NCBI GenBank assembly: GCA_964637345.1
Contig: CAZWTD010000003.1
Coordinates: forward strand, 7,678-71,677
Reading direction: 5' to 3'
DNA from: an uncultured Gammaproteobacteria bacterium
GTDB taxonomy: Bacteria > Patescibacteriota > Patescibacteriia > HK-STAS-PATE-3
DNA: 64,000 bases
The notes under the pieces were generated by a model that had not been told where the DNA came from, made no database searches, and worked only from the letters and a program-made list of their open reading frames with translations. A program made the translations under genes and the position numbers. Below, piece by piece: positions 8,670 to 19,001 of this stretch (its first letter is position 1; each line of letters opens with the position of its first letter).

Positions 8670-10090
8670 TGGGTGATGAACAGCAATACGGCACAGCGCT
8701 GCGTAGAGCACTTCGGTCCGAGTGGCGCGGACGTCGCGTGACCGTGATGGGGCTTGGGCAGTATCGGTATGGGACCGGTCAATCCTCCGCGGCGTTTTTT
8801 GCGTCTCTCGGAGCTAAGGTATTGGTTACCGACCGTCTTTCGTCCGAACATTTTCGTTCGGCTCGGGTAGCGCTCCGGTCCTACACAAACATTCGCTATC
8901 GATTCGGGGAGCACCGCATCGCCGATTTTGAACAGACCGATTTAGTAATAAAAAATCCGATTATTCCTGCGACGTCGGAGTATCTTCAAGCCGCTCGGGC
9001 TCGTGGAATTCCAGTTGAGACTGATGTAAGTTGGTTTATTGGTCGCTGTCCGAGTCGGGTTATTGGCGTAACAGGGACGCGCGGAAAAAGCACGACAGCG
9101 ACGCTTATCGCTCATCTCCTTGGCGGCGAAGCGTCAAATGTATGGCTCGGGGGAAATATCGGTCGTTCGCCACTGCATTTTTTCTTTCGCCTCAATCCCG
9201 ACTCGCTGGTTGTGCTTGAGCTTTCGAGTTGGATGCTCGAATCCATCGCGCCGCACCACTGGTCGCCGTCGATCGCGGTGGTAACGAATTTTTACCGCGA
9301 TCACTTGAATACGTATTCATCATTCGCCGCGTATACGCGAGCGAAGTCTCTGATCGCTCGTTTTCAGCGGCGGTCGGATATCTGTATTTCCAACGGCGAT
9401 CAGCCAACGGTGCAGTCGGTACTTCGAAACATGCCAGGTAAACAGATTCGCTTTTCACTTCAAAACAAAGGTGAAGCGACCCTTAGGGGCGAGTCGTTCG
9501 TATTGAAGCGCGGAGCAAAAATGACACGTTTAGCCTTGCGACGCGACCTGCGCTTGCCCGGAAAACACAATCTTGCGAATGCTTTAGCCGCGCTCACGGC
9601 AGCCGCGCTTCTTGAGCTCCCTGAGCAACGTCTTCGCGCGCGCCTTCGACGTTTTCAGGGCGTCCCGGAACGCATCGAAACAATTCGTATCCTTCGCCGT
9701 CGGCGTTTTGTTGATGATACGACAGCGACAAGTCCAGACGCGACGATCACTGCCGTACATTGCTTTTCGAAACCCTTGACCCTCATCGCCGGGGGAACGG
9801 ATAAGTCTCTTGAGTTTTCTGCACTCGCTCACGTTATTGCACAACGCACAACGCGAGTGATTCTCTTGCCCGGAACAGCAACCGATCGTTTGTCCGTGAA
9901 ACTACAAAAGCTCAACGTTTCTTTTTTCGGCCCGGTTCAATCAATGCGTGAGGCTGTTCGGTTAGCTTGGAAGGGCTCTCGGCCGGGCGAGACAATCCTC
10001 TTATCGCCTGGAGCTGCGAGCTTTGGGCTCTTTGTGAACGAGTTTGACCGCGGAAAAGCTTTTCGCCGGGCTGTGCAAGGACTGCAATGA
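8669..10090 (+). CDS. murD: UDP-MurNAc-L-Ala:D-Glu ligase
   Basis: GVTGTRGKSTT, GGNIG, LELSSW, DHLN, DDTTAT, LLSPGAASF...FDRG. Start taken at the ATG overlapping the mraY stop. Confidence 0.93.
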   Translation: MGDEQQYGTALRRALRSEWRGRRVTVMGLGQYRYGTGQSSAAFFASLGAKVLVTDRLSSEHFRSARVALRSYTNIRYRFGEHRIADFEQTDLVIKNPIIPATSEYLQAARARGIPVETDVSWFIGRCPSRVIGVTGTRGKSTTATLIAHLLGGEASNVWLGGNIGRSPLHFFFRLNPDSLVVLELSSWMLESIAPHHWSPSIAVVTNFYRDHLNTYSSFAAYTRAKSLIARFQRRSDICISNGDQPTVQSVLRNMPGKQIRFSLQNKGEATLRGESFVLKRGAKMTRLALRRDLRLPGKHNLANALAALTAAALLELPEQRLRARLRRFQGVPERIETIRILRRRRFVDDTTATSPDATITAVHCFSKPLTLIAGGTDKSLEFSALAHVIAQRTTRVILLPGTATDRLSVKLQKLNVSFFGPVQSMREAVRLAWKGSRPGETILLSPGAASFGLFVNEFDRGKAFRRAVQGLQ

Positions 10091-11214
10091 TGCATCGAGG
10101 CCGTACAACCCACAAACCAGATTTGATTCTTCTTGCGATCCTCGCTGGCATTGTTCTTTTTGGCCTTATTATGTTGTCGTCGGCGTCATCCGTAACAGCG
10201 TTTCAGCAGTACGGGGATACGAATGAACTCGTGAAGCGCCAAATCATCAGCGCCCTGGTTGGATTTGCGGCGATGTTTATCTGTTTCCGTATCGACTACC
10301 ACGTTTGGCGCCGTTTTGCGATTCCGCTCCTCGCAATTTCCATCCTCGGGTTAATTCTCGTTTTTGTGCCTGGTATCGGCCGCGAGGTGCTCGGTGCGCG
10401 TCGCTGGATAGATCTTGGCGTTTCCTTTCAGCCCACGGAAATTGTGAAGCTTGCCTTTCTTTTTTATCTCGCAAGCTGGCTCGAGCGTCGTCAATCAGGC
10501 TTTCATGATGCGAGAACGAGTCTTCTGCCTTTCGTTATGGTTCTTGGTTTGATCACCCTTCTCGTTATGGCTCAACCGGACCTCGGAACCATGTCCGTGA
10601 TCGCGATAATCGGTATTTCCATGTATTTTATTGGCGGCGCACCGATGAAGCACTTCCTCTGGATTGGCGCGGCTAGCGTTGGATTATTCGCCTTGCTCGT
10701 AAAAATTGCCCCCTATCGAGCGGCGCGTTTTACTGTTTTCCTCAATCCAGAAATTGACCCGCAAGGTATCGGATACCATATCAACCAGGCTCTTCTCGCA
10801 ATTGGTTCCGGCGGTTTGTTTGGGGTTGGACTTGGCCACTCGCGTCAGAAGTTTAATTATCTCCCCGAGGCTTCAACCGATTCGATTTTCGCGATTATGG
10901 GGGAGGAGCTAGGCTTCTTTATTGTTCTCCTCTTCATTGGTGCTTTTTTGGCATTTGTCTATCGAGGATTTCGTATTGCACGCCAAGCCCCGGATATGTT
11001 CGGTCGGCTTCTCGCTGCAGGAATTACGACCTGGTTCGCCTTTCAGGCATTTATAAATATTGGAGCTCTCACCGGCGTGCTCCCGCTGACCGGAATTCCG
11101 CTTCCTTTTGTTAGCTACGGCGGTACGGCCCTAGCCATCGCCCTGGCGGCATCGGGAATACTGCTTAATATTAGCGCTTCGACGGTTGAACGATCGCGTG
11201 CCGGAAACGGATAA
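10087..11214 (+). CDS. ftsW: Peptidoglycan polymerase FtsW (SEDS family)
   Basis: GARRWI, FQPTEIVK, QPDLGT, LPEASTDSIF, GIPLPFVSYGG; lies between murD and murG. Confidence 0.95.
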   Translation: MMHRGRTTHKPDLILLAILAGIVLFGLIMLSSASSVTAFQQYGDTNELVKRQIISALVGFAAMFICFRIDYHVWRRFAIPLLAISILGLILVFVPGIGREVLGARRWIDLGVSFQPTEIVKLAFLFYLASWLERRQSGFHDARTSLLPFVMVLGLITLLVMAQPDLGTMSVIAIIGISMYFIGGAPMKHFLWIGAASVGLFALLVKIAPYRAARFTVFLNPEIDPQGIGYHINQALLAIGSGGLFGVGLGHSRQKFNYLPEASTDSIFAIMGEELGFFIVLLFIGAFLAFVYRGFRIARQAPDMFGRLLAAGITTWFAFQAFINIGALTGVLPLTGIPLPFVSYGGTALAIALAASGILLNISASTVERSRAGNG

Positions 11215-11233
11215 TTATGAATAGCGTAGCCCT

Positions 11234-12298
11234 ATGAATGTCGTTTTGTGTGGCGGTGGAACCGGTGGGCCGGTTACTGCATTGTTAGCAATCGCTGATG
11301 AGATGCGCCGCCGGGATCCAAGCTGCAGTTTTCAGTTTATTGGAACGCAGTCGGGTCCGGAGCGCTTGCTCGTTGAGGCTGCACAGATACCATTTATGAG
11401 CATCTCGGCTGGAAAGCTTCGGCGATACCTTGACTGGAGAAACGTCACGGATATTTTCAGGATTATTGTCGGCTTCACGCAGTCCTTTCGCTTGCTAAAA
11501 TCGTTGCGGCCGGATCTTGTTATTTCGACTGGAAGCTTTGTCGCCGTCCCACTCGTCTGGGCGGCCTCGGTGCTCAAAATTCCCGCAATGACGCATCAAC
11601 TCGATATTGACCCCGGACTTGCTAATCGCTTAATGCTTCCCTTTGTTCGCCTCTGTACCGTCGGTTTTTCTGAAACGGTTGTTGAGCTTCGGTCCGCAAA
11701 AGCCGTTCAGACCGGAAACCCGTTTCGTGCTTCAGTGACCGAGGGAAATACCGCCCGGGCTCGTCGTTTGTTTGACTTACGTGACGATTTACCGGTAGTG
11801 CTTTGTACTGGTGGCGGGACCGGAGCGGCGCGCCTCAACCATCTTTTCCTCGGGGCTGCGATGAAACTCTTTGATCGTTGTCAGGTCATTCATATCACCG
11901 GAAAAGGAAAGCGGCTCTTAACGCTCAACCATCCGAATTACCACTCGTACGAATTTTTACTTGAGGAGATGCGAGATGCGCTCGCTGTGGCTGACGTAGT
12001 AGTCAGCCGGGCCGGCCTCGCAACACTCACGGAATTAAGCGTGTTGCGGAAGCCGACGATTCTCGTCCCAATTTCGGGGTCACATCAAGAACGAAACGCG
12101 CAATTTTATGGTCAACGCGATGCGGCTCTCGTGCTCGAAGAGCCGACCTTAACGGATAGTCTTTTTGCGCAACACATCAGCCGACTTCTCGATGACTCTG
12201 GCGAACGGCAACGCTTGTCTGATCGCATGGGAAGCCTCGCTGCTCCCGACGCGAATCGAAGAGTTGTCGATGAGATTCTGAAACTCATTCCCGTATGA
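11234..12298 (+). CDS. murG: Lipid II GlcNAc transferase MurG
   Basis: GGGTGGP, TGNP, GGGTGA, SRAG...E, HQERNA. Confidence 0.95.
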   Translation: MNVVLCGGGTGGPVTALLAIADEMRRRDPSCSFQFIGTQSGPERLLVEAAQIPFMSISAGKLRRYLDWRNVTDIFRIIVGFTQSFRLLKSLRPDLVISTGSFVAVPLVWAASVLKIPAMTHQLDIDPGLANRLMLPFVRLCTVGFSETVVELRSAKAVQTGNPFRASVTEGNTARARRLFDLRDDLPVVLCTGGGTGAARLNHLFLGAAMKLFDRCQVIHITGKGKRLLTLNHPNYHSYEFLLEEMRDALAVADVVVSRAGLATLTELSVLRKPTILVPISGSHQERNAQFYGQRDAALVLEEPTLTDSLFAQHISRLLDDSGERQRLSDRMGSLAAPDANRRVVDEILKLIPV

Positions 12299-13662
12299 AG
12301 ATTCGCGACGCTCATCATGTGCACTGTGCTGGAATCGGGGGGATTGGTATTAGCGCCTTGGCGCGCTGGCTACGATCGCTTGGTATTCCCGTGACCGGGT
12401 CAGACCTTAGCGAATCGGTTGTTATCGAAGGACTGCGGCAGCTTGGAGTGGATGTTCAGGTCGGCGAGTCAGGGAAAAATCTCCCCGAGGAAGTCGATGT
12501 TCTTGTCTATAGTCCGGCGATTTCGGAGCAAGACCCGCTCCGCGTCCAAGCCCAATCACGGTCTCTTGTGCAGCTTAGTTATCCGGAAGCCCTCGCTCAG
12601 CTACTTGAAGGATATGTAAGTGTTGCTGTTGCTGGAACGCACGGCAAGACAACAACGACTGCGATGCTCGGCTCGATTCTTGAAGCCGCTGGCCTCGACC
12701 CAGTCGTGGTTGTCGGAAGTCTTATTCCAGCTTGGTCGGGAAATTTTCGTCAAGGCCGAGGAAAGATATGCGTGTTTGAGGCTGACGAGTACAATCGTTC
12801 CTTTCTCGCGTATCATCCGAATCATATTGTCGTTACCAATATTGATAAAGACCACCTCGATACTTACCGTGGACTTGAGGACATTATGAGTACCTTCCAA
12901 CAGTTTGTCGGCCAGATTCAGCCAAATGGCTCGATTATCCGAAACGCGGATGACGTGAATTCTGCTCGATTGAAGGGTTTGGAGGGAACCACGGTGCATG
13001 AGGTAAGTGTTCGTCAGTTGGTGAACCTTGCGCCAAGAACTGATACGTTCGGAATTGAGGGGTTTCACCCAGCGTTTGGTCGCATTGCGCTCGCTGTCCC
13101 TGGCGTTCACATGATGGCCAATGCTCTTGCCGCCGCCGCTGCTGCCTCTGCTCTTGGAGTGTCGACAGAAGCGATCCAGCGAGGCTTAGCTTCGTATGCA
13201 GGCGCCTGGCGAAGATTTGAACGGGTAGGTGAGTTGAACCAGGCTCCGGTGTACTCTGACTACGCGCACCATCCGACCGAGATACAAGCAACGCTTGATG
13301 CTGCTCGAGCGGCTTTCCCCGATCAGCGCATTGTCGTTCTTTTCCAGCCGCATCAGCAGCGTCGACTTCGCCTTCTTTTTGACGACTTTGTGAAGAGCCT
13401 CGAAGGTCAACAGAACCTCGGCGTTATCGAAACGTATGAAGTCCCCGGCCGAGAGGATCGCGAGTTATCCGATAGGAATGCGGCGACGTTGGTTCAGGAG
13501 CTCGCTCGACGCGGCGCAGGAGCGCAGTATTTTTCAACCTTGAACGAGGGAATAACATGGCTTCAAAAGGAAGCGCACTCAGGCTCAATTCTTCTCTGTT
13601 TAGGAGCAGGTAGTATTCACGCAGCAATTACCTCATTGTTATCAGGAAGCCGCCATGCCTGA
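12295..13662 (+). CDS. murC: UDP-MurNAc:L-Ala ligase
   Basis: GIGGIGIS, AGTHGKTTTT, EADEY, DHLD, DYAHHPTEI, FQPH, GAGS. Confidence 0.95.
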   Translation: MKIRDAHHVHCAGIGGIGISALARWLRSLGIPVTGSDLSESVVIEGLRQLGVDVQVGESGKNLPEEVDVLVYSPAISEQDPLRVQAQSRSLVQLSYPEALAQLLEGYVSVAVAGTHGKTTTTAMLGSILEAAGLDPVVVVGSLIPAWSGNFRQGRGKICVFEADEYNRSFLAYHPNHIVVTNIDKDHLDTYRGLEDIMSTFQQFVGQIQPNGSIIRNADDVNSARLKGLEGTTVHEVSVRQLVNLAPRTDTFGIEGFHPAFGRIALAVPGVHMMANALAAAAAASALGVSTEAIQRGLASYAGAWRRFERVGELNQAPVYSDYAHHPTEIQATLDAARAAFPDQRIVVLFQPHQQRRLRLLFDDFVKSLEGQQNLGVIETYEVPGREDRELSDRNAATLVQELARRGAGAQYFSTLNEGITWLQKEAHSGSILLCLGAGSIHAAITSLLSGSRHA

Positions 13663-14572
13663 TTTAGAACAACAACTCGAGCAATTTCGTGAACGCTTCC
13701 CCGCGCTTCGACTCAAGGAGCCACTCGCGCCACATACCTATTTTAAGGTTGGCGGACCAGCCCAGGCCTACCTCCATCCAGGAACGATTGAAGAATTTGA
13801 AGCAGCCGTTTTAACGGCAATTACGCTCGGGATTCCCTACACGGTTATCGGCGGCGGGGCGAATATTCTCGTAGCAGATCAGGGCGTCTCAGGGCTCGTC
13901 CTTCGGAATGGCGGAAAGCTTTGCCGACGCCTTGAGTCCGGCCGCATTTTAGCTGATGCAGGAGTCCCGCTCGGCGGGCTCATGAACGAAGCTGGACAAG
14001 CCGCATTAACAGGTTTTGAATTCCTCGCCGGAATTCCCGGGACCGTGGGCGGTGCGGTTTTTGGAAATGCTGGAGGGAAAGACTTGGCGACAGGAGACCG
14101 AATTGAGTCGGTTCGTTGGATCGATGCGTCAGGCAAGATTCAAGAGAGTTCTCAAGCAGACTGTTCTTTCTCCTATCGATCAAGTCGTTTTAAGCAAAAC
14201 GGGGGAGTCGTCCTTCAAGCTACCTTTCAGCTTGAGCCCGGCGATCCAGTCCTTATTCGAACAACGATTGAGCAGGCTCTTCAGCGAAAGCGTTCTGTTC
14301 AGCCGCTTGGAAGCGCGTCGGCTGGCTGCGTTTTTACGAACCCGCCCGGCCAATCAGCCGGTCGCTTAATTGATGAAGCTGGTTTGAAGGGAAAGCGAAT
14401 TGGGGGCGCCGAGGTGTCTTCGGTTCATGGGAATTTTATTATCAACGCGGATCATGCGAGCGCGGAAGATATTATTATTCTCATTAGTTATCTTAAGCAG
14501 CAGATTCGCGATCGATTTGGCGTGCAGCTTCAGGAAGAAATTCGTTACATCGGTTTTTCGCACCATGAATAA
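13655..14572 (+). CDS. murB: UDP-N-acetylenolpyruvoylglucosamine reductase
   Basis: FKVGGPA, GGGANIL, GIPGTVGGA..NAG, SAGCVFTNP, HGNFIIN, LQEEI. Confidence 0.96.
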   Translation: MPDLEQQLEQFRERFPALRLKEPLAPHTYFKVGGPAQAYLHPGTIEEFEAAVLTAITLGIPYTVIGGGANILVADQGVSGLVLRNGGKLCRRLESGRILADAGVPLGGLMNEAGQAALTGFEFLAGIPGTVGGAVFGNAGGKDLATGDRIESVRWIDASGKIQESSQADCSFSYRSSRFKQNGGVVLQATFQLEPGDPVLIRTTIEQALQRKRSVQPLGSASAGCVFTNPPGQSAGRLIDEAGLKGKRIGGAEVSSVHGNFIINADHASAEDIIILISYLKQQIRDRFGVQLQEEIRYIGFSHHE

Positions 14573-14903
14573 CCTTTCGCTCACCAATCACGATGCAGTT
14601 GCGTCCCAGTCTGAGGAATATCTTCGGATGAAGCTTGAACGCGTCGAGGAATATTCCGGTCCGATTGCGTCGGCTCGCGCGGTTTTTCGGCGGAATCATC
14701 ATCATCGAAGCGGCGACGTGTGGAGCTTGCGCGTTCAACTTGACGCTGAGCATGGATTAGTTACTGCAGCATGTGATGCGCCCGATGAGCGAAGCGCAAT
14801 CGATCGAGTTCAAGAGAAGCTTGAGCAGCAATATCGCCACCGTCGGCGGAGCGCTTTACAGTCGAATCGGAAGAGGGTAGAGTATTCGGACGACGACGTA
14901 TGA
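14565..14903 (+). CDS. hpf: Divergent ribosome hibernation factor (HPF/RaiA family, short form)
   Basis: [11 protein letters not shown]...HHHRSGDVW...[13 protein letters not shown] pattern; hpf-secA order is familiar from Firmicutes. Confidence 0.7.
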   Translation: MNNLSLTNHDAVASQSEEYLRMKLERVEEYSGPIASARAVFRRNHHHRSGDVWSLRVQLDAEHGLVTAACDAPDERSAIDRVQEKLEQQYRHRRRSALQSNRKRVEYSDDDV

Positions 14904-17554
14904 AGCTGAATATTTTTGGCGATCCTAACGCGAAGATGATTCGCTCGCTCGAGCCCTTGGTTCGGGCGGTGAATGCGTTCGCGAAAGAGTTCGAGGGGCG
15001 ACCGGTTCGTCAGCTCGTTCAGCGGTTCCAGGAATTGCGAAGCCAAGCCCCAAGCATGGACGACGCTGCCTTTGACCGTATACTTCCGGAGGTATTTGCG
15101 ATCGTCCGAGAAGTTTCTGCTCAGGTGCTCCACCTACGACATTTTGACGAGCAGTTGATGGGCGGCGTTGTGCTCCATCAAGGAAAGATTGCCGAAATGC
15201 GTACCGGTGAAGGGAAAACCCTCGTTGCTACACTTCCTGTTGCATTGAACGCCCTACGTGGACGAGGAGTTCATGTCGTGACGGTGAACGATTATCTTGC
15301 TAAGCGCGATGCGCAGTGGATGGGCGCGCTCTATCATGCCCTTGGATTGAGTGTTGGAATTATTCAACACGAGGCCGCGTTTCTTTATGATCCGGAGGCG
15401 CATCCGAGCGATGAGCGACTAGATCGCTTGCGCCCAGTTGAACGGCACGAGGCCTACGCAGCGGATATAACCTATGGGACAAACAACGAGTTCGGGTTTG
15501 ACTATCTCCGCGACAATATGGTTCCGGACCAAAGCCGTAAAGTACAGCGCGGGCTTTCATATGCGATCGTCGATGAAGTAGACTCGATTCTCATTGACGA
15601 GGCTCGAACTCCCTTAATTATTTCCGCGCCGGCCGAAGAGTCGACCGATCAGTATTATCGTTTCGCTGAGCTCGTACGGAGGCTCGAGGCAGGAACTGAT
15701 TATTCGATCGACGAGAAGCTGCGCGCCTCGACGTTGACGGAAGCCGGGATTACCAAGATGGAGCAAGCCTTAGGGCTTGGGAATATTTACGAGGCAGGCG
15801 GGATGGAGACCGTTCATCATCTCGAACAAGCGCTGAAAGCGGAAACCTTATTCCAACGCGATCGAGATTACGTCGTAAAGGACGGCGAAGTCATTATCGT
15901 TGATGAGTTTACGGGACGTTTGATGTTTGGCCGCCGTTTTTCCGAGGGGCTTCATCAGGCAATCGAGGCGAAAGAAGGCGTTGAGATAAAGAAGGAAAGT
16001 GAAACACTCGCAACAATTTCCTTTCAGAATCTCTTCCGGCTTTACGCGAAACTATCCGGGATGACTGGAACGGCCGTAACCGAGGCTGAGGAGTTTTCGA
16101 AAATTTATTCCCTAGAGGTTGTTATTATCCCGACCCACCGTCCAATGGTTCGGAAGGACGCCCCGGACAGCGTCTATCAGTCCGAAAAAGGGAAGTTTCT
16201 TGCCGTGGTTCGAGAGATTAAGCAGCGGCATGAACTTGGCCAGCCGGTTCTCGTTGGAACAATTTCAATTGAGAAAAATGAAATACTTGGCGAGCTGCTT
16301 AGCCGTGAGGGCATTCCTCATGAATTGCTGAATGCGAAAAACCACGAACGTGAAGCTGCAATTATTAGCCAGGCAGGCCGACGCGGCGCCGTGACCGTCG
16401 CAACAAATATGGCAGGTCGCGGCGTTGACATCATCCTCGGAGGTAGTCCGCCCGATCCGGAAGAGGCTGCTTTTGTTCGTTCGGTCGGCGGTCTACATGT
16501 ACTCGGGACTGAACGGCATGAATCTCGCCGCATTGATAATCAGCTCCGAGGCCGTTCCGGACGGCAGGGAGACCCAGGCTCATCACAGTTTTTTGTCAGC
16601 ATGGACGATGACCTGATGCGGATTTTCGGGTCTGATCGCCTGAAGGGGCTTATGGGACGACTCGGTCTGCCTGAAGACACGCCGATTGAAAATAGTCTTG
16701 TTTCACGCTCGATTGAAGCTGCGCAAAAGAAAGTTGAAGGCCATAACTTCGATATTCGAAAACATCTCGTTGAGTACGACGACGTGATGAATAAGCATCG
16801 TGAGGTCATTTACCGAAAACGAAATGAGTTCCTTGAGCTTCCAGTCGAGGAGCGAAAAGCGAAAATAGTAGAGCTCGTTTCCGGCGAGCTGTCGAATATC
16901 GTGTCCCTGCATACCGCCTCAGAAGATGAACATAGCTGGGCAATTGAAGATATTTACAAAGCGGTTGACGCGTTATTCCCGGTAAGCATCGAACAGCGCA
17001 TTCAACTCGATGATTTACGAGCGCAGGCCGGGGATGAGGCTCACGATGCGCGGGCGAGAGCTGGAATGATTTCTTACCTTAACGGGCTAGCTTCGAACTC
17101 CTATAACGCTCTTGAGCAAGCCCTTGGAGCCGACCGGATGCGGCTTATTGAGCTGGGTTTAGCCTTACGAACGATTGATACGCTCTGGATTGAGCATCTT
17201 GACCTCATGGATCATCTTCGGCGGGGGATCGGTCTCCGCGGTTACGGCCAACGAGATCCGCTTGTCGAGTACAAACGCGAGGCCTACGCCCTCTTTACCC
17301 AGCTCATGAATTCAGTAAATTCTACGATTGTGTACTCGATTTTCCGCATGGGGGCGGCCCAGCATATCGCTACATCAAGCCCAATGCAGCGCAGTCGCCT
17401 TACCGTTTCAGCCCCGGCAAAGGAAATGCAGCCGCAGAGCGCCACAGAATCAAGCTCTGCTCCCCGCGCTACCCCGGATCAGCCGAAAGTAGGCCGGAAC
17501 GACCCTTGCCCGTGTGGAAGTGGAAAAAAGTATAAGAAGTGTCACGGAGCTTAA
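14900..17554 (+). CDS. secA: Preprotein translocase ATPase SecA
   Basis: [48 protein letters not shown]-terminal [18 protein letters not shown]. Confidence 0.99.
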   Translation: MKLNIFGDPNAKMIRSLEPLVRAVNAFAKEFEGRPVRQLVQRFQELRSQAPSMDDAAFDRILPEVFAIVREVSAQVLHLRHFDEQLMGGVVLHQGKIAEMRTGEGKTLVATLPVALNALRGRGVHVVTVNDYLAKRDAQWMGALYHALGLSVGIIQHEAAFLYDPEAHPSDERLDRLRPVERHEAYAADITYGTNNEFGFDYLRDNMVPDQSRKVQRGLSYAIVDEVDSILIDEARTPLIISAPAEESTDQYYRFAELVRRLEAGTDYSIDEKLRASTLTEAGITKMEQALGLGNIYEAGGMETVHHLEQALKAETLFQRDRDYVVKDGEVIIVDEFTGRLMFGRRFSEGLHQAIEAKEGVEIKKESETLATISFQNLFRLYAKLSGMTGTAVTEAEEFSKIYSLEVVIIPTHRPMVRKDAPDSVYQSEKGKFLAVVREIKQRHELGQPVLVGTISIEKNEILGELLSREGIPHELLNAKNHEREAAIISQAGRRGAVTVATNMAGRGVDIILGGSPPDPEEAAFVRSVGGLHVLGTERHESRRIDNQLRGRSGRQGDPGSSQFFVSMDDDLMRIFGSDRLKGLMGRLGLPEDTPIENSLVSRSIEAAQKKVEGHNFDIRKHLVEYDDVMNKHREVIYRKRNEFLELPVEERKAKIVELVSGELSNIVSLHTASEDEHSWAIEDIYKAVDALFPVSIEQRIQLDDLRAQAGDEAHDARARAGMISYLNGLASNSYNALEQALGADRMRLIELGLALRTIDTLWIEHLDLMDHLRRGIGLRGYGQRDPLVEYKREAYALFTQLMNSVNSTIVYSIFRMGAAQHIATSSPMQRSRLTVSAPAKEMQPQSATESSSAPRATPDQPKVGRNDPCPCGSGKKYKKCHGA

Positions 17555-17574
17555 TTTTGCTAATATTAGCAAAA
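17555..17574. repeat. Perfect 20-bp palindrome TTTTGCTAATATTAGCAAAA
   Basis: Read directly, immediately after the secA stop; terminator or operator. Confidence 0.85.
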
Positions 17575-17608
17575 AAAGTTAGAATGTGGGCGAAGCACGC
17601 CATTTTGC

Positions 17609-17637
17609 TTGACAGTTTATTTGCCGCCGGGTATAGT
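17609..17637 (+). promoter_or_regulatory. Near-consensus sigma70 promoter of the infA-rpsI operon
   Basis: TTGACA (17609-14), 17 bp, TATAGT (17632-37). Confidence 0.85.
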
Positions 17638-17642
17638 TGCAC

Positions 17643-17753
17643 ACGAACGCACGACTTTTTGATGATCTCGTTGCTAGAGCCTTTCTTTCGTCAGTCCCAA
17701 TTTATCGGGAAGGAAGAAACCTCGAATATGAGATTCCAGGGTCGTTTGCGCGT
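17643..17753 (+). ncRNA. Candidate structured 5' leader RNA (long nested hairpin) upstream of infA
   Basis: Four nested helices paired by hand: 17651-58/17738-45, 17664-71/17728-35, 17682-89/17712-19, 17695-98/17707-10. Confidence 0.6.
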
Positions 17754-18014
17754 ATGAACCAACCAAATCCTACCGAAAAAGGGAAGCTCCAAGTTTCCGA
17801 AAATAAGAAAGGATTCATCGAGGTTCTTGGAACCGTTGATGAGCTCCTTCCGAACGCCATGTTTCGCGTCACACTCGAGAATGGACGAGAAATTCTCGCT
17901 CATCTCTCAGGCCGGATGCGAATGTTCAAGATTCGCATTCTCCCGGGCGACAAGGTTACGCTCGAGATGACTCCCTACGATCTTACAAAAGGCCGGATTA
18001 CCTATCGACATTAG
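17754..18014 (+). CDS. infA: Translation initiation factor IF-1
   Basis: [33 protein letters not shown]...[25 protein letters not shown]. Confidence 0.97.
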   Translation: MNQPNPTEKGKLQVSENKKGFIEVLGTVDELLPNAMFRVTLENGREILAHLSGRMRMFKIRILPGDKVTLEMTPYDLTKGRITYRH

Positions 18015-18020
18015 CCTGCT

Positions 18021-18134
18021 ATGAAGGTTCGACCATCAGTCAAAATCATGTGTCAGAATTGCCGGATGGTCCGCCGGAAAAAGCGGCTCGTCGTCATTTG
18101 CTCCAATCCGAAGCATAAACAGCGACAAGGATAA
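18021..18134 (+). CDS. rpmJ: 50S ribosomal protein L36 (zinc-ribbon form); missing from the ORF track
   Basis: Hand translation: [37 protein letters not shown]. Confidence 0.97.
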   Translation: MKVRPSVKIMCQNCRMVRRKKRLVVICSNPKHKQRQG

Positions 18135-18136
18135 TT

Positions 18137-18529
18137 ATGGCTGCTCGACTTGCCGGGGTCATCCTCCCACACAACAAGCGCGTTGAATACGCCCTCCCGT
18201 ATATCTACGGAATTGGTCGGAGCCAAGCTTTAGCCATTCTCCGTGAAGCGAATATTGATCTCGGTATCCGTACGCAGGATTTGACGGAACGGCAGGTCAA
18301 TGACCTTCGGGAAATTATTGAGAAGCGCTTTCGCGTTGAAGGTGAGCTCCGGCGGGAAATTGCCCTGAATATTAAGCGTTTGAAAGATATTAATGCGTAT
18401 CGCGGTGTCCGCCACGCACGCCAACTCCCAACTCGGGGACAGCGGACGAAGACAAATTCCCGGACTGTCCGCGGTAACGTTCGTCGAACGATGGGATCTG
18501 GTCGACGAGCCGCTGCTGAAAAGACCTAA
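18137..18529 (+). CDS. rpsM: 30S ribosomal protein S13
   Basis: IYGIG, YRGVRH...[14 protein letters not shown]. Confidence 0.98.
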   Translation: MAARLAGVILPHNKRVEYALPYIYGIGRSQALAILREANIDLGIRTQDLTERQVNDLREIIEKRFRVEGELRREIALNIKRLKDINAYRGVRHARQLPTRGQRTKTNSRTVRGNVRRTMGSGRRAAAEKT

Positions 18530-18534
18530 GCTCT

Positions 18535-18996
18535 ATGGCTGACGAACTCGCAACAACTGAAGCAACCCCGATTGTCGAGACGCCTACGGCTGAAGCCGCA
18601 GCGGCCGCCGTTAAAGCTCCTCGAGCCCGCGGAAAGAAGCGAAAGAAGTTTGTTGCGCATGGGCATGCGCACATTTTGGCCACCTATAACAATACGATTG
18701 TTACGATTTCTGACCCGGCCGGAAATGTGCTCGCCTTCGCTTCATCCGGTATGGTTGGCTTCAAAGGGCCGAAGAAAGCTACTCCCTATGCCGCTGGGGT
18801 TGTTGTCCGAAATGTTGCGGAGAAGCTGAAAGATGTCGGTCTTAAGAGCGTAGATGTCTTTATTCGAGGCATCGGATCGGGCCGCGAAGCAGCTGTCCGC
18901 GCTTTGAACGCCAACGGAATCGCAGTCCAAATGATTAAAGATATTACCCCGACGCCGCATAATGGCTGCCGGCCACGTAAGATCCGCCGCGTCTAA
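18535..18996 (+). CDS. rpsK: 30S ribosomal protein S11 with N-terminal extension
   Basis: YNNTIVTI, GFKGPKKATPYAA, GIGSGRE, PHNGCRP. Confidence 0.98.
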   Translation: MADELATTEATPIVETPTAEAAAAAVKAPRARGKKRKKFVAHGHAHILATYNNTIVTISDPAGNVLAFASSGMVGFKGPKKATPYAAGVVVRNVAEKLKDVGLKSVDVFIRGIGSGREAAVRALNANGIAVQMIKDITPTPHNGCRPRKIRRV

Positions 18997-19001
18997 CCCC
19001 T

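Noticed and set aside
13120-13160. GCC/GCT run encoding ALAAAAAASALG in murC
   Set aside because: Corresponds to the normal Ala-rich helix of Mur ligases; not a contingency repeat.
17686-17720. SRP (4.5S) RNA resemblance in the infA leader (UCAG...GGAAGGAAG)
   Set aside because: No GNRA tetraloop and no CAGG/AGCA symmetric loop; kept only as an unassigned structured leader.
17637-17753. N-terminal extension of IF-1 in the 125-aa ORF call
   Set aside because: Its TTG start overlaps the -10 box; ATG 17754 fits better.
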